Shown piece after piece: positions 17,964-26,904 of a stretch of DNA of 64,000 nt (position 1 is its first letter; each line of letters opens with the position of its first letter). The notes beneath the pieces are model-generated. The model did not search any database. It was not told the DNA's origin and saw only the letters and a list, made by a program, of their open reading frames with translations. The translations under genes were made by a program, and so were the position numbers. This stretch comes from Candidatus Zixiibacteriota bacterium (GTDB taxonomy: Bacteria; RBG-13-66-14; B26-G2; WVWN01): contig JASFLY010000013.1 of assembly GCA_050117845.1 (NCBI GenBank), positions 6,829 to 70,828 of the forward strand, read 5' to 3'.

Positions 17964-18695
17964 GTGGCGAAGAAAAAAGTACTATCTCAGGATAAGCTGA
18001 AGAAGAGATTGGGCGGCAGCCTTTTCCGGTACACGTTGCTGGTTTCGGCGGTAGTCCACTTCAGCATATGGGGCATCGCGGCGGTGCCCAAGGACGTGCT
18101 GTCGAGCAAGGGCGAAGTAAAGATGGGCGACGGCAAGCTGGTAATGAAAAAGGTAAAGAAGACCTACGACGATCTGCCGCCGCCTCCCTCGTTAGAAGCT
18201 CCCGAACCGGAAAGCGCTCCCAAGGGTCTGGAAGCCAAGGGCAGCGTCGGCGAGGTTCCCCTTCCCGTCCCCGATGAACTCGCGGACGCCGACACGATTT
18301 CGGACGCCATCGGCGGAGGTGACGCCGAGGGATTCGGAGAGGGCACCGAGATACTGATCGAGGAAACCATCGAGGTCACCGAGGGCGGAGAGTCGCCCTG
18401 GGATACGGTCAGTTTCGACGTCGAGTATTCCGAGGCGCCGGTCATCGTTCACGAGCAGCGGCCGGTGTATCCGGACATCGCTCGGGACTCGGGCGTCGAG
18501 GGTGACGTTATCATGCTGGTCTACATCGACGAATCCGGGAACGTCCGGAACGCGGTGGTCCAGTCCTCGCCGGGTTTGCCGGCGCTGGACGAGGCCGCCA
18601 AGAAAGCCGCGATGAAGTGCAAATTCAAACCGGCGAAACAGCAGGGCGTGCCGGTCGGCGTGTGGTACAGCATCGTAATGCAGTTCCGCCTGTAA
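17964..18695 (+). CDS. TonB-family protein (second tandem paralog)
   Basis: Anchor LFRYTLLVSAVVHFSIWGIAAV, an acidic/Pro spacer, and a C-terminal domain nearly identical to the first (PVYPDIARDSGVEGDVIMLVYIDESGNVRNAVVQSSPGLPALDEAAKKAAMKCKFKPAKQQGVPVGVW). GTG start after an AGGAGG RBS. The track ORF start at 17595 is a spurious extension. Confidence 0.7.
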   Translation: MAKKKVLSQDKLKKRLGGSLFRYTLLVSAVVHFSIWGIAAVPKDVLSSKGEVKMGDGKLVMKKVKKTYDDLPPPPSLEAPEPESAPKGLEAKGSVGEVPLPVPDELADADTISDAIGGGDAEGFGEGTEILIEETIEVTEGGESPWDTVSFDVEYSEAPVIVHEQRPVYPDIARDSGVEGDVIMLVYIDESGNVRNAVVQSSPGLPALDEAAKKAAMKCKFKPAKQQGVPVGVWYSIVMQFRL

Positions 18696-18720
18696 ACACG
18701 ACTACAAACAAAATGACGAC

Positions 18721-18744
18721 GGCCGGGGCTTTCCCGGCCGTTTT
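18721..18744 (+). terminator. Rho-independent terminator (GGCCGGG...CCCGGCC + GTTTT)
   Basis: A GC hairpin plus a T-tract after the second tonB-like gene. Confidence 0.55.
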
Positions 18745-18783
18745 GCTATGGCGCGGCCGTGTCCCGGCGGGCTCTTTTTATTT

Positions 18784-18812
18784 TTGACAAACTCAAGCCG
18801 CCGATTTATAAT
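18784..18812 (+). promoter_or_regulatory. Sigma70 consensus promoter TTGACA-17-TATAAT
   Basis: Perfect consensus hexamers with a 17-nt spacer, 22 nt upstream of ATG 18834. Confidence 0.55.
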
Positions 18813-18833
18813 CACGTGAAGGGGGCGAGCCAT

Positions 18834-19346
18834 ATGAGTACGCGGAAGTACCTGATTACGCTCGCGCTATTAGGGGTGTTGGCCTGGGCCGGGAGCGCGT
18901 ACGGCGCCGACGTCGAAGTCTTCGTCGTGACCCAACTCGCGTGTCCCTTGAAGGTCAACAGGATAGTGGCGAAATGCGGCACCGCGGGAGCCAAATACAA
19001 ACCGGCCGATTACGCCAACATCAACCCCGACGGCGAAGAGAAGTTCTGGCTTTACGGCGTCTTCGAACATGCGGGAGACGGCGCCATGACGTCTTTCACG
19101 TTCGAGGTTCGCGGCTACGACGCCATGGGGAAGCGCGTTTTCCACGAGGAGGACGTCCTGTTCGATTACCCGCTCCGCGAGGGCGACCCGAAAAGCAAGG
19201 AGTGGAGCTGGCCCGAGGAAGAGGGGACCGGCATCACCAAGGTCGTCTTCATCCCCTGGGTGATAAACTACCCGGCGGGCAGGACCTGGGAATCGGACGA
19301 AAAGTACGTCGCCATGAAAATGGAAGAACTCGGGATAACGGATTAG
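18834..19346 (+). CDS. Hypothetical secreted protein
   Basis: Signal peptide MSTRKYLITLALLGVLAWAGSAYGA. Start moved to ATG 18834, downstream of the promoter. Confidence 0.5.
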   Translation: MSTRKYLITLALLGVLAWAGSAYGADVEVFVVTQLACPLKVNRIVAKCGTAGAKYKPADYANINPDGEEKFWLYGVFEHAGDGAMTSFTFEVRGYDAMGKRVFHEEDVLFDYPLREGDPKSKEWSWPEEEGTGITKVVFIPWVINYPAGRTWESDEKYVAMKMEELGITD

Positions 19347-19349
19347 CCC

Positions 19350-19763
19350 ATGAGACCCATAATGATTGTGGCGGCGTTGGCCGTAGCCTCGGTCGCGGCC
19401 GCGGCCGAGTTGCCGGCGGCGTACGCCGAGGCCATCACGGGACGCGATTTCGCGGGCCTCCTGACCGAAATCAACAAGCAGTTCGATATCCCTCCCATCG
19501 TCGTCTCCGAACCGGCCGAAATCTACCCCGAAATCGCCGGGAAGGCCGGCGCCCAGGGCACGGTTAAAATCCTCGTTTACGTCGACGAGAACGGCGACGT
19601 ACGCGACGAGGTCATAGCCGATTCGCCCGGCTGGCTCGCGCTCGAGGAAGCGGCGCGGAAGGCCGCCCGGACGATGAAGTACAAGCCCGCGAAACTCGAC
19701 GACGAAGCGGTCGCGGCCTGGTACGTAGCGGATATCATGTTTTATATCCAACCGTCCCGATGA
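19350..19763 (+). CDS. Periplasmic TonB_C-like domain protein (no TM anchor or spacer)
   Basis: Signal peptide plus PEIAGKAGAQGTVKILVYVDENGDVRDEVIADSPGWLALEEAARKAARTMKYKPAKLDDEAVAAW, which has the TonB_C-like pattern. Confidence 0.5.
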   Translation: MRPIMIVAALAVASVAAAAELPAAYAEAITGRDFAGLLTEINKQFDIPPIVVSEPAEIYPEIAGKAGAQGTVKILVYVDENGDVRDEVIADSPGWLALEEAARKAARTMKYKPAKLDDEAVAAWYVADIMFYIQPSR

Positions 19764-20701
19764 ACGACGGGGGAGAGACGGCGCGGGCGATGACCGGGGC
19801 CGAATTGCAATTGCCGCCCGAGTACTCGGCCCAGCGCGCCGAAAGGCTGCGCCGGGAGGTCGGCCCCTGGTTGTCCGACCGCCGCGTCGAAGGGGTAGTA
19901 ATAATCCGGGGCGACGCCGCCTCTCCGCCCGGAAGGGCCCCGGTGGACCTGTGGGTTATCGCCGACCTGGAGGCCGGGGCGGAGTTGTTTCCCGCCCGGC
20001 CGGTGGTCGGGCCCTCGTGGCTCCGCTTGGCCGTGTCGTCGTACGGGGTTTTCGTAAAGGAACTCCGGGAAAGGTTCCGCGCTTCGGCCGGGCCTACGGC
20101 GGGTATTTTCGTCGCTTACGACCGTGACGGCCGCCTGCGGGACGCCCGCCTCGGTTTGGAGGCCGAGTCGGCGCGGGCGCTTCTCCGCGCCCGGACGGCG
20201 GCGGCGGCCGGAACGGCGGCCGCGCTCAACTACGCTTCGGCGGCGCTCGGCGCCGCGAACCCGGGGGACGCAGCGGCGGCGCTTTTCCGGGCGGCGACCG
20301 GGTTGGCCGAACTCGAGGCGTTGAATAACGGCGTGTGGCCCCCGGCGGCGGGACCTCTCGCCGGGGCCGAGGGCAAGCCGGCGTACCGCTTATTCGAACG
20401 CGTAAAGCTGGCGGGCCCCGGGGCGGCCGAATTGGGCGAGATCCTCGCGGAGGCGAAAGCGGCCTTCGGCCGGGTTTTACCCGCCGCGGCGGCCCACATA
20501 TTCGATTATATTATTAAGAACGGCGGCAGCGTTTCGGCGGCGGCCGTCGTGGACTCGCTCGAGCTGGCGGACCTTCCGAACGTGGATTCGCTGTTGGCCG
20601 CCTTGCACGAGTATCGGCTGGTGGAGTTGGGCCGAGAGGAAAGGTCGGTCCCCGGCTTGCCCGGCCTTACGTACGGGGAAGCCGTATTGACACTGCCCTG
20701 A
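19760..20701 (+). CDS. Hypothetical Ala-rich protein, possibly a minimal nucleotidyltransferase-fold protein
   Basis: GVVIIRGDAASPPGRAPVDLWVIADLE weakly resembles the NTase GS...D.D motif. No other signal. Confidence 0.35.
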   Translation: MNDGGETARAMTGAELQLPPEYSAQRAERLRREVGPWLSDRRVEGVVIIRGDAASPPGRAPVDLWVIADLEAGAELFPARPVVGPSWLRLAVSSYGVFVKELRERFRASAGPTAGIFVAYDRDGRLRDARLGLEAESARALLRARTAAAAGTAAALNYASAALGAANPGDAAAALFRAATGLAELEALNNGVWPPAAGPLAGAEGKPAYRLFERVKLAGPGAAELGEILAEAKAAFGRVLPAAAAHIFDYIIKNGGSVSAAAVVDSLELADLPNVDSLLAALHEYRLVELGREERSVPGLPGLTYGEAVLTLP

Positions 20702-20732
20702 AACCGGCGCGTAAATATCGGGAAGGAACGTT

Positions 20733-22829
20733 ATGAGGGAAATATCGGCCAGGCATATTCCTTGCCCCGGCAAAGCCGGGTTGGCGGCGCTACTGATAGG
20801 CGCTTTGGCCGTCGGGGCGGCCTTCGGCGCGCGCGGCGACTCGCTTTCTTCCTCGCGCGAGGTGGCGATACCGGCGGAGGGCGGGAACTACGTCCTGAAG
20901 CTCAACGACGCCGGCGCCACTTTCACGGTGTCCGCGCCGAACCGTTCCGCGGTCAAGGTAGACGCGGGGGTGTCCGTCTCGTCCGCGATATACCCGTCGT
21001 TCGCGGCCGTATCCGGGCCGTCCCTGCCTTCGCTCGAGCTCTGCCGCTGGCGGGGCCGCGCTTTCGAGGAGGGCGCCTGGGCGGCGGCCGAACTCCAGTT
21101 GGAGGAGGCCGTGGGGCCGCTGGCCTCGGGCCGGGCCGGTTTCCTCAAGTCCCTCGCGCTGAAGCTGAAGGAAGCGTACGACGCCGACGAGAGGCCGTCG
21201 TCACGGGTGGCGTTCGGCGACGCCATGTCCTTCGTCGGGACGGCGGTGGCTTTGTCGCGCCCCGACGGCAAGGTCCCGGCCGACCTCGGCCTGCCGGCGG
21301 AGGTGGCGAGTAAGGCGGGCCAGGATAAGGAGCGCTTCTTAAAAGAAGAGTGGAACGCCCGGGTCCTTACGGGAAGGTATGCCTGGGGCGACGAGTTGAA
21401 ACGGGCCTACCTCACCGGCCTGTGGTTGGGCCGCCGTTTCGAGCGCGGCGACGAGAAGGAATTCAAGGCCGCCATCGCGTTGACCTGGGTGGTCGAGAGC
21501 GACCCGGACCTGTCCGGCCAGTATTCGGTACTGGCCGGCCTGGCGAACGCCGCCGCGGGGCCGCCCCCCGGCGCGTCATCGCTCGACGATTACCGTAAAC
21601 TGCTGGCCGGCCGGGACGCCGCGACGGTGCTCAAGGAAGTTGGCACCGTGCGCAAGCTCCAGGCGGACGCGAAGGAGAGCGGCGACGCCTTCGTCTTTCT
21701 CCCGGCCCCGGGGCACGCCGAGCTGGAGTTGATTCGCCGCTTCGCGTTGACGGGCGTACGCGGCGACGGGGCATGGGCCACGGCGTACGTGGCGGCCGTC
21801 CGGGCGGACGGCGTAAGCCGGCCGGGTCCGGCTTCCCCCTGGCTCGACTACGTCGCCTACGCCGGGGCCGCGCTTTCGTCCCCGGACGACTTGCCGGAAG
21901 CCAGGAAGTTGACCTGGGACGACGGATACCGCGCCCGCCTCGCCGAGTCCTTCGTGACGGCGTTCGATCAGGTCCGCGCCCGCGCGCCGGCGGCCCCGCC
22001 TTCCACGGCCGAGGCCCCGGCGGTGGAAGTGACGCCGGAGTTCCGCCTCGAGCCCGTGCCGGAATACTATCTGCGGATGGCCCGGGCGTACGGCCGGATG
22101 GCGAAGGCTTTGGACGCGACCTTCTCGCGTCCGACGACGGAGGGGATGCGTGGCCTGCGCGAGGGCGGCAAGGCCGGGACGGAATCCCTCGCGGTCGAGG
22201 CCGACGAGATAACGCAACTGTTTTACGGCCTGTATCTGCTGTCCTGCGCCGACTGCGGCCTGACGCCGGCGGCTACGGGCGGCGAGGTCCGGGATCGGGC
22301 GGGGGCCGCGGCCCTGGCGCACGGGTGGCTGGAGAAATGGAGAGAAGACGCGGAAATGGCCCGCGACGTCCGGGAGGCCTATCCGCTCGGGCCGGCCGAC
22401 CCGACCAACCCGGCCGCGGGGACGCTTTACCGTTGCATCCTCGGCGTACGGGCGCTCGACGTGGAGATTAAATACGACAAGAAGCCGGGCGTCGCGTTGT
22501 CCGGGGCGCGGGGCCAGCTCGACCTCCATTTCAAACCGATAACCTATACGCTCCTCGTCCCGGTCGTGGTCGAGGTGGCCGTGCCGGGGGACGGACCGCT
22601 TACGAACGCCGCGTTCCGGAAGCTTTGCGACGAGCACAAGGCGGAAGGCGCCATCGTCGCGGCGCTCAAGGAGTACGGCCAGGCGGAGGAAGCCCCGGTC
22701 GAGGAGGTAGTCGAGGACGGTTCCGGCCTCACGGTGGACAGCGGCGCCGTCGTCCTGATCGTAATCCTGGCGGTATTCGCGCTGATTATCATAATCGCGC
22801 TCATCGCGAGCCGCCAGCGTTACTACTGA
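20733..22829 (+). CDS. Large hypothetical exported protein with a C-terminal TM anchor
   Basis: N-terminal hydrophobic signal segment and a C-terminal VVLIVILAVFALIIIIALIASRQRYY anchor. No recognisable domain. Confidence 0.45.
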   Translation: MREISARHIPCPGKAGLAALLIGALAVGAAFGARGDSLSSSREVAIPAEGGNYVLKLNDAGATFTVSAPNRSAVKVDAGVSVSSAIYPSFAAVSGPSLPSLELCRWRGRAFEEGAWAAAELQLEEAVGPLASGRAGFLKSLALKLKEAYDADERPSSRVAFGDAMSFVGTAVALSRPDGKVPADLGLPAEVASKAGQDKERFLKEEWNARVLTGRYAWGDELKRAYLTGLWLGRRFERGDEKEFKAAIALTWVVESDPDLSGQYSVLAGLANAAAGPPPGASSLDDYRKLLAGRDAATVLKEVGTVRKLQADAKESGDAFVFLPAPGHAELELIRRFALTGVRGDGAWATAYVAAVRADGVSRPGPASPWLDYVAYAGAALSSPDDLPEARKLTWDDGYRARLAESFVTAFDQVRARAPAAPPSTAEAPAVEVTPEFRLEPVPEYYLRMARAYGRMAKALDATFSRPTTEGMRGLREGGKAGTESLAVEADEITQLFYGLYLLSCADCGLTPAATGGEVRDRAGAAALAHGWLEKWREDAEMARDVREAYPLGPADPTNPAAGTLYRCILGVRALDVEIKYDKKPGVALSGARGQLDLHFKPITYTLLVPVVVEVAVPGDGPLTNAAFRKLCDEHKAEGAIVAALKEYGQAEEAPVEEVVEDGSGLTVDSGAVVLIVILAVFALIIIIALIASRQRYY

Positions 22830-22921
22830 CGGCCGGGCCGGCCCTTTCGTCTTGACTTACGATTTTCCTTGTGGTAGCATTTTCAATCCGCGGAGGAATC
22901 TCGCCTCCGTATTTTTATATC

Positions 22922-25246
22922 ATGTACCGGGCAAACAAATATCACGTCCCCTTCGTAGTACTCTTCTTATGCGCCGGGTTCCTCCTGGCCGCCGGGGGCC
23001 GGGCGCACGCCCAGGAAGCCCCCGATATCGTCATCGACGACGTCCGGTTTGAAGGCCTGACCAGTATCGACGATTCCTCGGTAATATCGGCCATTCGCCT
23101 GTCGTCGGGCGTACTCCTGAACGAGGCCGAACTCAAAACCATAGTCCGCGACGATATTAAAAGGATTTACCGGCTCGGTTATTTCGAGCAGGTGGACGCC
23201 TTCTACGAGGAGACCGAACCCGGCCACATGGCCGTTATTTTCGTAATAAAAGAGCGGTCCCGCATCAAGGAGATCGTTTTCGAGGGCCGGCGCAAGATGA
23301 AGCGCAAGACCCTCGAAGAGGTTGTAAAGGCCGAGGTCGGGGAGCGCCTGTCGTTGTCGCGCCTCAAGGCCGACGTCGAGGCGATGAAGGACCTTTATTT
23401 CGAGAAGGGTTATCGCTTCGCCGACGTATCGTACGAACTCGAGGAGACGCGGGGCGGCGTCAACGTAAAATACAAGATCGTCGAGGGGCCGAAGGCCGTC
23501 GTCCGGGACATCGTCGTCGAGGGCAACAACGTGCTCTCCGACTGGCATATACTGAACCGCGTCCTCGAGACGAAAATAGACCGCTTTTACAACACGAAGA
23601 TCCTGGACGAGGCCGTGCTGGAGGATGACTTCCGCCGCATCGAGGAGGAGTACGCCAACCGCGGCTACGTCCGGGCGAAGGTCGTCGATCACAAGATAGA
23701 GTACCGCGATAAGCGTTCGTCTATCTTCATCCGGATAACGGTCGAAGAAGGCGAGCTCTACCGGGCCGGGGAACTGCACTTCGCCGGCAACGAGAAGTAC
23801 GAGTCGGACGAGTTGGCCGAACTCGTCGATTGGCGGGCGAACAAGCCGTTCTCCGAGAAGCGGTTAAACGAGGGGGCCGACAAGGTTCGCGCGCAGTATA
23901 AGAACAACGGGTACCTGTTCGCCGTCGTCGAGCCCGCCCGGGAGGTGGACGACGAAGCGGCCGTCGTGAACGCCACGGTCCGTATCTACGAGGACCGCCC
24001 CGCGCACGTCCGCCTCATCGACATCACCGGAAACCTCTCGACCCGGGACAAGGTCATCCGCCGGGAGATGCGGCTCCAGCCCGGCGACATATATAAAGAG
24101 GACAAACTTATACGTTCGGTCCAGCGGCTCCATAACCTCGGCTACTTCGACGAGGTGCGCCCCGATATCCGCGTGGCCAACCGGGCCGAGGGCCTCGTCG
24201 ACCTCGAGATAGACGTCGTCGAGAAAGCCAATACGGCGAAGGTGAACTTCGGCGCCGGCTACAGCAGCCTCGACGGCCTGGTAGGGACCTTCAGCCTCTC
24301 CTGGGCGAACTTCGACGCCTCCCAACTGCCCCGCATCTGGCGATGCAAAGGCGCGGGTCAGGAGCTGCGTCTGTCCACCGAGTTCGGCCGCCGCCAGACG
24401 GAGTACTCCGTGGGCTTCACCGAACCGTACATCAACGACTCGAAAACGCTGGGCGCCTTCGACGTATACAATACCTACCGCGAGCGTTCCTATTACGACG
24501 AACGCCGCTTCGGCGGCCACGTCTCGCTGGGCCGGCCGCTTTCGGAATACGTGCGCGGCCGCGGGACCTACACGTTCGAGTCCGTCGAGGTCGCGTCCAC
24601 CATCGACGAACCGGAACGAGTGCCCTGGGTCTCCTCGGACATAGGACGCAAGAACACGTCGTCGCTGTCGTTCACCGTCGAGCGGGACAGCCGCGACAAC
24701 GTCTTCTTCACGCAAGGCGGGTCCGACACGGACATCAGCATCGAAGTCGCGAGTTCGGCGCTGGCGGGGGACGTCAACTTCTGGCGTCTGACGATGGGCT
24801 CGAGCTGGTACTTCAAGCATATCTGGGAAACGGTGCTCGCGGTCCGGGCCCGGGGCGGTTACGTCGACCGCTATTCGACGACTAAAAACGTCCCGGTCTA
24901 CGAACGTTTCTACCTCGGCGGCGCGTCGACGGTGCGCGGTTACGACGAGTGGGAAGTCGGCCCCCGGGACGTCTACGGCAACCCCGAGGGCGGCAAGTCG
25001 ATGTTCTACACGAACTTCGAGTACCGCATCCCGGTATCGAAGGAATTCTTCCACTTCATCATGTTCTGGGATTCGGGTTACTCGTGGCGGGAACTCCGCG
25101 ACATCAACCTCCAGGACATGCAGTCGGGCGTGGGCGCGGGCATCCGCATCAATATCCCGATGATGGGGCTGTTGGGGCTGGATTACGGCTACGGCCTGGA
25201 CGCCCATTCCGGCCAGATACACTTCAACATCGGGACCACTTTCTAG
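22922..25246 (+). CDS. bamA: Outer membrane protein assembly factor BamA (Omp85; POTRA repeats plus beta-barrel)
   Basis: Signal peptide followed by POTRA-like repeats (VRFEGLTSIDDSSVISAI...; IVFEGRRKMKRKTLEEVV...; IVVEGNNVLSDWHILNRV...; LHFAGNEKYESDELAELV...; IDITGNLSTRDKVIRREM...) and a C-terminal barrel ending ...HFNIGTTF. Start at ATG 22922. Confidence 0.85.
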   Translation: MYRANKYHVPFVVLFLCAGFLLAAGGRAHAQEAPDIVIDDVRFEGLTSIDDSSVISAIRLSSGVLLNEAELKTIVRDDIKRIYRLGYFEQVDAFYEETEPGHMAVIFVIKERSRIKEIVFEGRRKMKRKTLEEVVKAEVGERLSLSRLKADVEAMKDLYFEKGYRFADVSYELEETRGGVNVKYKIVEGPKAVVRDIVVEGNNVLSDWHILNRVLETKIDRFYNTKILDEAVLEDDFRRIEEEYANRGYVRAKVVDHKIEYRDKRSSIFIRITVEEGELYRAGELHFAGNEKYESDELAELVDWRANKPFSEKRLNEGADKVRAQYKNNGYLFAVVEPAREVDDEAAVVNATVRIYEDRPAHVRLIDITGNLSTRDKVIRREMRLQPGDIYKEDKLIRSVQRLHNLGYFDEVRPDIRVANRAEGLVDLEIDVVEKANTAKVNFGAGYSSLDGLVGTFSLSWANFDASQLPRIWRCKGAGQELRLSTEFGRRQTEYSVGFTEPYINDSKTLGAFDVYNTYRERSYYDERRFGGHVSLGRPLSEYVRGRGTYTFESVEVASTIDEPERVPWVSSDIGRKNTSSLSFTVERDSRDNVFFTQGGSDTDISIEVASSALAGDVNFWRLTMGSSWYFKHIWETVLAVRARGGYVDRYSTTKNVPVYERFYLGGASTVRGYDEWEVGPRDVYGNPEGGKSMFYTNFEYRIPVSKEFFHFIMFWDSGYSWRELRDINLQDMQSGVGAGIRINIPMMGLLGLDYGYGLDAHSGQIHFNIGTTF

Positions 25247-25311
25247 GCGGCCGCGGGCCGCGTTTGCGGGTCCCGGGGTAGCGTTTTTCCCAAAACAACA
25301 CGGTAGGAACC

Positions 25312-26793
25312 TTGCCGGACGAAAAGCCGCGTAGGACAGATTGGCCCGGCATCGTCTCGAAGCTGGTCGGGGCGGCCGCCCTCGGCCTAATCGCCGCCGG
25401 TTTCCTCGACCTCCCCGGCATAATCGCCTCCTTCACGCCCAAGGGCGAACCGACCGGTTCCGCCTTCGTCATCGCCGACCAGCTTCGCTGGGGCGCCGGC
25501 GTCGTCGCCGTTTTCCTCGTATTGCAAACCGCCGGCCTGTTTCGCCTTAAGGCCGTCCGCCGTTTCGTCTCCTTGCTCGGCCGGGGGACGCCGAGCCGCT
25601 GGGCCTGGATAATCTTCGGCGTCGCGCTCGCGCTGCGGTTGGCCTACGCCCTCGTCGCCGAAGCTCCCCCCATATCGGACGAGCAATACTACGTCGGCCT
25701 GGCCCGGAACCTCGTCGCCGGCGCGGGCTACACGTCGGGCGGCGTCGCCACGGCCTACTGGCCTCCCGGCTACCCGGCCTTTCTGGCCGCGCTGTTCTTC
25801 CCCTTCGGCGGCCATTTCGCGCCCGTCATGATCGTCCAATCCGTCCTGGGTGCCGTCAGCGCCGTTCTCGTTTGGCGGCTGGGCCGGGAGTTCGTATCGG
25901 CCGGGGCGGCACGGGCCGCCGGCCTTCTCGTCGCCCTGTGCCCCAGCCAGATAGCGTACGCCTCCCGGCTGTTCCCGGCGGTGGTGACGGCCTTCGGCGT
26001 ACTCGCCTTCGCGTACGCCATCGTCGTATACCGGGGTTGGCGTAGCGCCGTCGGCGCGGGGGTGTTGGCGGGCGTTACGGGCCTCGCGGCGCCGGTGGCG
26101 CTCGTCCTCGTGCCGGCGGCGTGGGCTTGCGAACTGCTGCGGCGGACGCCGGTGAAACGCTTCCTGCTCAGGGGCGTTATAATGGCGGCGGTCGCGGCGG
26201 CGTTCGTCGTCCCGTGGTCCTTGCGCAACCTCCGGGCGATGGGGGAGTCCGTGCCCATCTCCACCAACGGCGGCGTGAACCTCTGGATCGGGAACAATCC
26301 CAACTCGACGGGGGCCTACTATTACCCGACGTCCACCATCAACCCGCTCTTCATGACCGAGGGCGAGCTGGCCCGGGACAAGATAGGCCGGGAGTTCACC
26401 TGGTACTTCGTCCGCCACGAGCCGGCCCGGGCGATCTCGCTGTTCGTGCCCAAATTTATATACACGTACGGCGCCGACGTTTCGGCCTTCCAGCTCGAAG
26501 CGATACCGCGCGGCGTGAAGCCCGCCGATTCGGCGCGGCGTTTCCCGGCCCGCCTGGCGCAGACGTATTACGCGTTGTTTTTCTTGGGGTTTATTTTAGG
26601 GTTGTGGCGATATCGGCGGGACCTGTTCCGCGCCGCGCCGGAGGGAGCGGAACGGCTGGCGGCGCTTTTGATCTGGCCGGCCGCCCTCACGCTGGTATAT
26701 TTAATATTCTTCGGCCAGGACCGTTTCCACTTTCCGATGCTGCCGTTTATGGCGATTCTGGCCGGAGTCGCGTTTTACGATTCGACGGCGTAA
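25312..26793 (+). CDS. ArnT/PMT-like (GT39/GT83-type) membrane glycosyltransferase
   Basis: Multi-TM protein. PPISDEQYYVGLARNLVAGAGYTSGGVATAYWPPGYPAFLAALFFPFG matches the N-terminal loop motif of Dol-P-Man/undecaprenyl-P-sugar transferases. TTG start, exact start uncertain. Confidence 0.6.
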   Translation: MPDEKPRRTDWPGIVSKLVGAAALGLIAAGFLDLPGIIASFTPKGEPTGSAFVIADQLRWGAGVVAVFLVLQTAGLFRLKAVRRFVSLLGRGTPSRWAWIIFGVALALRLAYALVAEAPPISDEQYYVGLARNLVAGAGYTSGGVATAYWPPGYPAFLAALFFPFGGHFAPVMIVQSVLGAVSAVLVWRLGREFVSAGAARAAGLLVALCPSQIAYASRLFPAVVTAFGVLAFAYAIVVYRGWRSAVGAGVLAGVTGLAAPVALVLVPAAWACELLRRTPVKRFLLRGVIMAAVAAAFVVPWSLRNLRAMGESVPISTNGGVNLWIGNNPNSTGAYYYPTSTINPLFMTEGELARDKIGREFTWYFVRHEPARAISLFVPKFIYTYGADVSAFQLEAIPRGVKPADSARRFPARLAQTYYALFFLGFILGLWRYRRDLFRAAPEGAERLAALLIWPAALTLVYLIFFGQDRFHFPMLPFMAILAGVAFYDSTA

Positions 26794-26904
26794 CCTATAA
26801 AAATCACCGGGAGGTTTAACCGGGTTCGACCTGCGGGAGGGAATGACCGCGGGACACGTTATTAGTGATTTAAACTGCGGTACGAGGGAAAAGGGAGAAC
26901 GATA

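Noticed and set aside
25247-25311. Possible terminator after bamA (GC-rich segment followed by GCGTTTTT)
   Set aside because: No clean inverted repeat could be drawn. Only the T-tract is evident.
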